Source of the DNA: Polyangiaceae bacterium
Lineage (GTDB): Bacteria > Myxococcota_A > Polyangia > Polyangiales > Polyangiaceae
Length of the DNA: 64,000 bases
Reading direction: 5' to 3'
Assembly (NCBI GenBank): GCA_013361525.1
Contig: JABFXY010000067.1
Coordinates: 4,387-68,386 of the forward strand
A program made the translations under genes and the position numbers. The notes under the pieces were generated by a model, which made no database searches, was not told the DNA's origin, and saw only the letters and a list, made by a program, of their open reading frames with translations. How positions within the stretch are numbered: the first letter of the stretch is position 1; each line of letters opens with the position of its first letter. Positions 59,990-64,000 of this stretch are shown piece after piece.

Positions 59990-62239
59990 GTGCCCAGCGC
60001 CATCCGGATTCGCGTCGGCGCCTCGGTCGACCCGTCGGTCCGTACCGTCTTTAAGTCGTTCGAGGCGGCGGCCGAGCAGGCCGCAAAGAAGGCTAAGACA
60101 TCGACCGAGGCCGCGACCAAGTCGGCAGCGAGGGAGTCTCGCGCAAAGGTCGCAGCGGCTGTTGCTGCTGATAGGCAATACGCGACGGCGTGGAAGAGGT
60201 TCCACGACAGCCAGTCGGCGCTCGAGGCTGCTCGCAACAAGAGGGCGATCAAGAGCTTCGAGGAGCAGCTCAAGGCTTCCAAAAAGGTAAAGAACGAGAG
60301 GGAGCGCGCTGCCAAGGCTGAAGAGCGAGAGATTCTCAGCTCGGTCAAGACGATCGAGCGAGCGGAAAGGGCTGCTGCAAGGTCGAAGCAGCGCACCGAG
60401 GAGCGGGCGAAGAACCGACGCGAGCGCTTCCGTGACTCCGCGTTTCGCGACTTCGGCGGTCGGGCGGCTTCGAACGTCGCTGCCGTGGGTCGAGGCGCCG
60501 TCGGCATCGGTCGCGATATCGCGGGCGGGCTCGGCGTCGACACCTCGCTTCGCGGTGGCATCGAGCGAGCCACGAGCCTCGAGAGCATCGCGACGGACAT
60601 CGTCAACAGCGCGTCGGCCGCCGGCAACATGGAGGCGACCACCGACAACGTGAAGCGGCTCACTGCCGATATCCGCAAGGCCGCCAACGAGGCCAAGGTC
60701 GGCTTCGAGGACATGGGCCTTGGCGTGCAGGACTTCGTCACGAAGAGTGCCGATGTCGATCTCGCGCGAAAGAACATGCTCGAGATCGCGAAGGTTGCGC
60801 AGGCGACCGGCACGAACGTCAACGACGCGCTCTCGATGGGCGGCGACATTGCGAAGTCGCTGCCGGACAACGAGAAGGACGCCCTCCTGCCACTGATTCG
60901 ACTCTTCGCCAAGCAGGGCTCGATGGGCAACGTCGAGGTCAAGGACCTGGCGAAGTACGCCGGCCGCATGATCTCGACCTCGTTCCAGTTCACTGGCACG
61001 CGCGAGGAGAATATGGGTCGCCTTGGTGCAATGGCGCAGGTCGCCATGCGCGGCGGTCGCTCGAGCGCGGCCGAGGGCGCGCGCGCCGCTGGCTCATTCG
61101 CTCGCGACATCACGAAGGACGCCGCGAACAAGCGCTTCCGACAGGCCGGTATCGACATCTACACCGACAAGTCCAAGACGAAGATCCGGAACCAGGAAGA
61201 CATCATCGTCGACGTCTTCAAGAAGACGAAGGGCTCTCAAGCCAAGCTGGCGAAGCTGTTTCAGAACGAGATGTCGAAGTCGATCATGCTCGGCTTCGGC
61301 GACATCTACGATCAGGCTGGCGGCGGCGACGCAGGCATCAAAGCGATTCGCGACGAGTTCAAGAAGTTCACCACGTCTATGTCCGCGGACGACGTGAACA
61401 CGGCATTCGAGCTCAAGGCCGGCACCGACAAGGCAAAGGCGCAGGAGTTCCAGAACCGGCTCGATGAGATGTCGGCGCGGCTCGTCGAGCGAGTCGTCCC
61501 GGCTCTCGAGAAGTTCGAGCCGAGCATCATCAAGGCCGCTGATTCGCTTGGCAACATGACCGCTTGGGCGGTCGAGAATCCGGGCACCGCAATCACCGGT
61601 GCGATCGTCGCGAGCATCGCCAAGGCGGGCATCGGAGCGGCCTTCACCGCGCTCGTGGCGTCGTCCGCGACAGCGACCGCGGCGCTCGCCGGCATTGCCG
61701 TCGTGGGTATCGCAGCGGCGGCAGCGCTCAAGATGGGCTTCGACGCCCACGACGAGCAGGTGACCGAGGCTGCAGGCAAGACCGGCGATCGCCAGACGCT
61801 GCTCGACCAATATGAGAGCGCGAAGCGGAAGCTGGAGCGCGGCGAGCTCGGACGGCTCACTGGCGCGGAGGCGCGGTCGATCGTCGACGCCCCGAGGATG
61901 ATCGAGCAGGTCAAGCAGGAGCGCGAGCAGGCGACGAAGCTCGACAACCCGTTGACGTACCTCAATGCGCTCGTCGGCGAGGGCGAGGGCTGGGACTCGC
62001 TCATGCAGAAGCGCGCCTACAAGACGCGCGACGAAGAGAACGACGAGATCCTTCGCAGGGCAGGCGGCAAAACGATGCAAGATCCGCTCGCCAATCTCGA
62101 CGCGAGGATCGCGGCGGCCGTCAAGGGCGGGCTCGCGAGCGCCAAGATCGAGGTGACCGTCAACGGCGCCACGGGCGTCGACCAAGGCGGTCGTGTCGGA
62201 CCGCTCTCGATGTTCCCGAGCTTCTTCACCGGCGGGTGA
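59990..62239 (+). CDS. tail tape measure protein
   Basis: 749 aa. Ala/Lys/Glu coiled-coil N-terminus. Hydrophobic segment AIVASIAKAGIGAAFTALVASSATATAALAGIAVVGIAAAAAL. Confidence 0.8.
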   Translation: MPSAIRIRVGASVDPSVRTVFKSFEAAAEQAAKKAKTSTEAATKSAARESRAKVAAAVAADRQYATAWKRFHDSQSALEAARNKRAIKSFEEQLKASKKVKNERERAAKAEEREILSSVKTIERAERAAARSKQRTEERAKNRRERFRDSAFRDFGGRAASNVAAVGRGAVGIGRDIAGGLGVDTSLRGGIERATSLESIATDIVNSASAAGNMEATTDNVKRLTADIRKAANEAKVGFEDMGLGVQDFVTKSADVDLARKNMLEIAKVAQATGTNVNDALSMGGDIAKSLPDNEKDALLPLIRLFAKQGSMGNVEVKDLAKYAGRMISTSFQFTGTREENMGRLGAMAQVAMRGGRSSAAEGARAAGSFARDITKDAANKRFRQAGIDIYTDKSKTKIRNQEDIIVDVFKKTKGSQAKLAKLFQNEMSKSIMLGFGDIYDQAGGGDAGIKAIRDEFKKFTTSMSADDVNTAFELKAGTDKAKAQEFQNRLDEMSARLVERVVPALEKFEPSIIKAADSLGNMTAWAVENPGTAITGAIVASIAKAGIGAAFTALVASSATATAALAGIAVVGIAAAAALKMGFDAHDEQVTEAAGKTGDRQTLLDQYESAKRKLERGELGRLTGAEARSIVDAPRMIEQVKQEREQATKLDNPLTYLNALVGEGEGWDSLMQKRAYKTRDEENDEILRRAGGKTMQDPLANLDARIAAAVKGGLASAKIEVTVNGATGVDQGGRVGPLSMFPSFFTGG

Positions 62240-62242
62240 CCC

Positions 62243-63130
62243 GTGGCAACCGCATTCGATGGCCTGCAGCGAGCTAGCTTCGCTGGGGTCGAGTACGTCC
62301 TCGTCTCGCAGAAGATGACGGGCGGTCTCCGCCATGCGGAGCACGAATACCCGCACGCGGTCGGCGGAGACATCGAGCGGCTCGGGCGCAAGCTCTACCG
62401 GATCCAGCAGACGGTCATCTTCTCGACGAAGACAAGCGGCTACCCGAATGCGTGGCCGCGTGACCTGAACGATCTGTTTTCGCTGTTCGAGTTTGGGCAA
62501 GCCGACGACCTCGTCATTCCCACCGTCGGCACGATGCGGTGCATCTGCATCGACTGGGACCGCTCCGCCGACTTCGCCAAGATGCGGGACGGCGAGCGGT
62601 GCGAGTTCACCTTCCTCGAGGACATGTCGGCGGCCACGGTCGCGGCATCGATCCCCAAGGCACGCAACCTTGAGGTCATCCTCGACGGCATCATCACCGA
62701 GGCCGAAGAGCTCGGCTACGAGCCCGACCTGTTCGACAGCATCACGAACGCGGTCGCTCAGGTGGAGGCGGCGAAGGAGCAGTTCGAGGGCTACGGCGAC
62801 AACATCGTCAACAAGGCGAATCAGCTGCAGGCGGCCGTCCAGGCTGCCGACTCGATGCTCGCCGAGCTCCAGGACCCGGCAAGCTGGAAGGTCGTTGAGC
62901 ACCTCCACGAGCTCGGGGCCGCCGCGGCTGAGATCAAGAAGGACGCGCTCACCAAGGGCGTGCCGCTCGTGCCGTTCGTGGTCCCGGTCGAGATGGCCGC
63001 GAGCGACGTCGCCGCTGCGCTGTACGGCAGCACGGAACGCACGATTCAGATCCTGAGGCTGAACCCCATCGAGAACGCCTTCGCGATTCCCGCTGGGACC
63101 GAGCTTCAGGTCTACGCCAACGCCGCATGA
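62243..63130 (+). CDS. DNA circulation (Mu gp43 N-domain)-like protein with a gpX/LysM-like C-terminus
   Basis: ASFAGVEYVLVSQKMTGGLRHAEHEYPHAVGGDIERLGRK matches the DNA-circulation N-terminal pattern. The C-terminus reads ASDVAAALYGSTERTIQILRLNPIENAFAIPAGTELQV. Confidence 0.6.
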   Translation: MATAFDGLQRASFAGVEYVLVSQKMTGGLRHAEHEYPHAVGGDIERLGRKLYRIQQTVIFSTKTSGYPNAWPRDLNDLFSLFEFGQADDLVIPTVGTMRCICIDWDRSADFAKMRDGERCEFTFLEDMSAATVAASIPKARNLEVILDGIITEAEELGYEPDLFDSITNAVAQVEAAKEQFEGYGDNIVNKANQLQAAVQAADSMLAELQDPASWKVVEHLHELGAAAAEIKKDALTKGVPLVPFVVPVEMAASDVAAALYGSTERTIQILRLNPIENAFAIPAGTELQVYANAA

Positions 63131-64000
63131 TGATCGCCGACTCGGTCACGGATGCCGTCGAGCTTCGCATCGGCGGTGAGACGCTCGCGATCGCCAAGCA
63201 ATACGACGTGCAGATTTCGATGCTGACCCAGCCGGCTGCGTTCTCGCTGACGATCGGCTCGGCGCTCCTTGCGGCAACCGTCCTCAAGCAGTTCCCGATC
63301 GGCTCGGAGTTCGAGCTCGTCGTCGGCGGGAACGTGCAGTTCGTCGGCGTCGTCGACGGCTTCGTTTCGAACGACAACGCTCAAGGGAGCAGCATCTCGC
63401 TGCGCGGCCGCGACCGTCTCGGCGCCGTGGTCGACCAGCGGGTGCGAACCGAGGAGAGCTTGACCTCTCCGACGCCGCGGAGCCTCACAGAGCGTGTGCT
63501 CGAGCGCGCGCTTCTTGGTCGCTCCTGGACCCTCTTCACCGACGACACAGAGGGGCGAGAGCTCCGCGCGGGTAAGCAGTCGAAGGGCAAGAGCAAGAAA
63601 AAGTCCGCGGTGGTCACCGCCACCGATGAGGACTCCGACGAGGAGATCGGGTCCAACACCGAGGCGCAGTTCAAGGTCGGCGAGACCTACTACGCGTTCC
63701 TGAAGCGCGAGCTCGACCGGCTGGGCCTGTTCCTGTGGTGCAGCGCCACCGGGGACTTCATCCTCTCACGCCCCGACCCAACGCAGCCCGCGATCTACAA
63801 GCTCGCGCGCGACGCGCACCGCAACGGCGCCCCTGGCTCGTCACGCATCATCTCCTGCTCGTTCCGCAACGAGACCACGGGGCGATTCAACATCTTCGAG
63901 GTCCACGGCCGGGCCGGCGGCGGCGAGGAGACGAGCGTCAACGTCATCGGCAGGTACATCGATCGCGAGATGTTTGCGTTCGGCATCGCGAAGGCGATGG
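63127..64000 (+). CDS. late control gene D / baseplate hub-like protein, runs off the right edge
   Basis: Not in the track (no stop in window). I translated the frame from ATG 63127 to 64000 and it stays open. It follows the circulation protein, as in Mu/P2-type tails. Confidence 0.55.
   Translation, partial: MMIADSVTDAVELRIGGETLAIAKQYDVQISMLTQPAAFSLTIGSALLAATVLKQFPIGSEFELVVGGNVQFVGVVDGFVSNDNAQGSSISLRGRDRLGAVVDQRVRTEESLTSPTPRSLTERVLERALLGRSWTLFTDDTEGRELRAGKQSKGKSKKKSAVVTATDEDSDEEIGSNTEAQFKVGETYYAFLKRELDRLGLFLWCSATGDFILSRPDPTQPAIYKLARDAHRNGAPGSSRIISCSFRNETTGRFNIFEVHGRAGGGEETSVNVIGRYIDREMFAFGIAKAM

Noticed and set aside
59986-62908. Minus-strand ORFs 59986..61158 and 61094..62908
   Set aside because: They are antisense to the tape measure and DNA-circulation genes and are shadow ORFs.
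1-64000. CRISPR arrays, rRNA genes, IS elements or transposases, reverse transcriptases
   Set aside because: By-eye scanning of both strands and of the translations found no regularly spaced repeat arrays, no rRNA-like conserved blocks, and no DDE or RT motifs.

Overview
This GC-rich window, about two-thirds G+C by eye (not computed), is almost entirely one temperate tailed-phage or prophage genome segment. No host housekeeping genes are visible. From the left: a 3'-truncated DNA methyltransferase and a DUF433 gene. Next is an att-like site, the 3' half of tRNA-Phe plus an intrinsic terminator, flanked by 20-bp direct repeats. Then a tyrosine integrase, followed by a roughly 22-kb leftward early arm (2.6-24.5 kb). 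About two dozen gene junctions in that arm are 4-nt start/stop overlaps. It carries a T5orf172 protein, an MmcB-like nuclease, three ASCH-type proteins, DUF4031, a HAD phosphatase, DUF5131 (Gp37/Gp68), a HerA/FtsK-like ATPase, an HNH-like protein, SbcCD-like proteins and a possible annealing protein. The immunity region (24.5-27.2 kb) has an ImmA/IrrE-like metalloprotease and an XRE-type repressor co-oriented with a lipoprotein and a membrane protein. It also has a Cro-like gene and matching TTGCCA/TGGCAA operator palindromes behind perfect TTGACA -35 boxes. The rightward arm (27-45 kb) carries a KilA-N protein, a lysis-like trio, RusA, P63C, a replisome-organizer-like gene with internal iterons, a DnaC-like loader, dUTPase and a standalone FtsH-type peptidase domain. 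The late module (45-64 kb) runs TerL, an unusual 1.8-kb insert with a tRNA-Met-like element, portal, S49 protease-scaffold, capsid, connectors, contractile tail sheath and tube, two chaperone-position ORFs, tape measure, DNA-circulation protein and a gpD-like hub that runs off the right edge. I saw no rRNA, CRISPR array or transposase. Start codons are my choices. Function calls rest on motifs I can read in the translations, not on database searches.
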